64,000 nucleotides of DNA. Source: Octopus bimaculoides (taxonomy: Eukaryota). The stretch covers positions 35,737,645-35,801,644 of the forward strand of contig NC_069003.1 of the NCBI RefSeq assembly GCF_001194135.2, given 5' to 3'. The notes beneath the pieces were generated by a model. That model was not told the DNA's origin. It searched no databases and saw only the letters and a program-made list of their open reading frames with translations. Positions 63,093 through 64,000 of the stretch are shown here, in pieces (position 1 is the stretch's first letter; each line of letters starts with the position of its first letter). Made by a program: the position numbers and the translations under genes.

Positions 63093-63735
63093 GATCGGCA
63101 GAGCGCCATCGAACGTACAAGTGGTACACTTTGGTCCTTCTCTGACGAAGTTCCCCTTTGAGACTTGTCGAGCAAACATTTGACAACTGCCCCTTCAGCA
63201 ATGCGGATGTATACTTGAGAGCTTACACAATGTGCCGTATACTGTACAATAAATCTGGAAGTATTGTCTGCAAACCACACATTAAATAACATGTCCACAC
63301 AAATACTTCTTTTAAGAAGCCTTTGCAGCAATGAAACACTCAGATCGTCGTACTCACTGTCAAGGTTACCTTTACAGTATTTCAAGATTAATGGGTTATA
63401 CTCTTTAATAACTATTTTCCAATAGATACGAAATGCACGAACTTGATTTGGTGTAGTAATAAAACTATTCTGTGCATGTCGCAGCGCGCTTACTACATAT
63501 CTATACACCTTTTTCACTATCTTTCATTTTCCTTTACAGTTCAGTACTACATACATACATACATACATACATACATACATACATACATACGTACATACAA
63601 ATATGCACGCGCCCACACCCAAATGCATCCCACATAGACAAGAACATGCAATACAATAACTATCATATGCAAAATCTAATGCGCTACATTTATGATTTTG
63701 TGTTAGCTGTAATGTACACATACACACACACGTGT

Positions 63736-63797
<62 letters not shown>

Positions 63798-63798
<1 letters not shown>

Positions 63799-63918
63799 CG
63801 ACAAAATTTCTCACAGTTTCTGTCTACCAGATTTACTCATTCGATATTGCATGGCCCACGAAGTGGGACTGAACGCGAAACCACGTGCTTACAAAGCGAA
63901 CTTCTTAACCACGCGCCT
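63798..63918 (-). mobile_element. Type B SINE 5' part
   Basis: gtgggactgaacgcgaaaccacgtg...cttcttaaccacgcgcc is the reverse complement of the type B head. Confidence 0.75.
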
Positions 63919-64000
63919 TCGCAATGCTTATATAAACACATACACATACAGACAGGCACATGCACACATACATACATACATACATACAGACATATATATA

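Noticed and set aside
6730-63814. ORFs made of SLSL, HTHT, YIYI, ERER, CVCV or poly-I/N/Y
   Set aside because: They are translations of di-, tri- and tetranucleotide microsatellites.
2410-63918. tRNA-like A/B box sequences
   Set aside because: All continue into SINE bodies and none forms a complete cloverleaf, so they are not called tRNA genes.

Overview
AT-rich animal genomic DNA with 12 assembly gaps and very dense (TA)n/(CA)n/(GA)n/(TATG)n/(TAA)n microsatellites. The tRNA-derived SINE families and repeat landscape look like octopus (coleoid cephalopod); this is inferred from recalled repeat sequences, not from a search. I can support no intact protein-coding gene, rRNA, tRNA or CRISPR array. 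The window reads as an intergenic or intronic transposon graveyard. It holds at least 8 relics of R4/Dong-type RLE non-LTR retrotransposons in two lineages, one associated with (CATA)n and one with (TAA)n. It also holds HERO-, CRE-, RTE-, CR1- and L1/Tx1-like LINE relics, two Chapaev3-like DNA transposons, a mariner relic, a young 202-bp Tc1/mariner MITE, a Penelope-type end with a decayed minimal hammerhead motif, and many SINEs. The strongest candidate for something undescribed is the R4/Dong lineage that appears to insert specifically into (CATA)n microsatellites and shares a conserved 3' UTR motif. All motif calls come from manual translation; element boundaries are approximate unless stated as exact.
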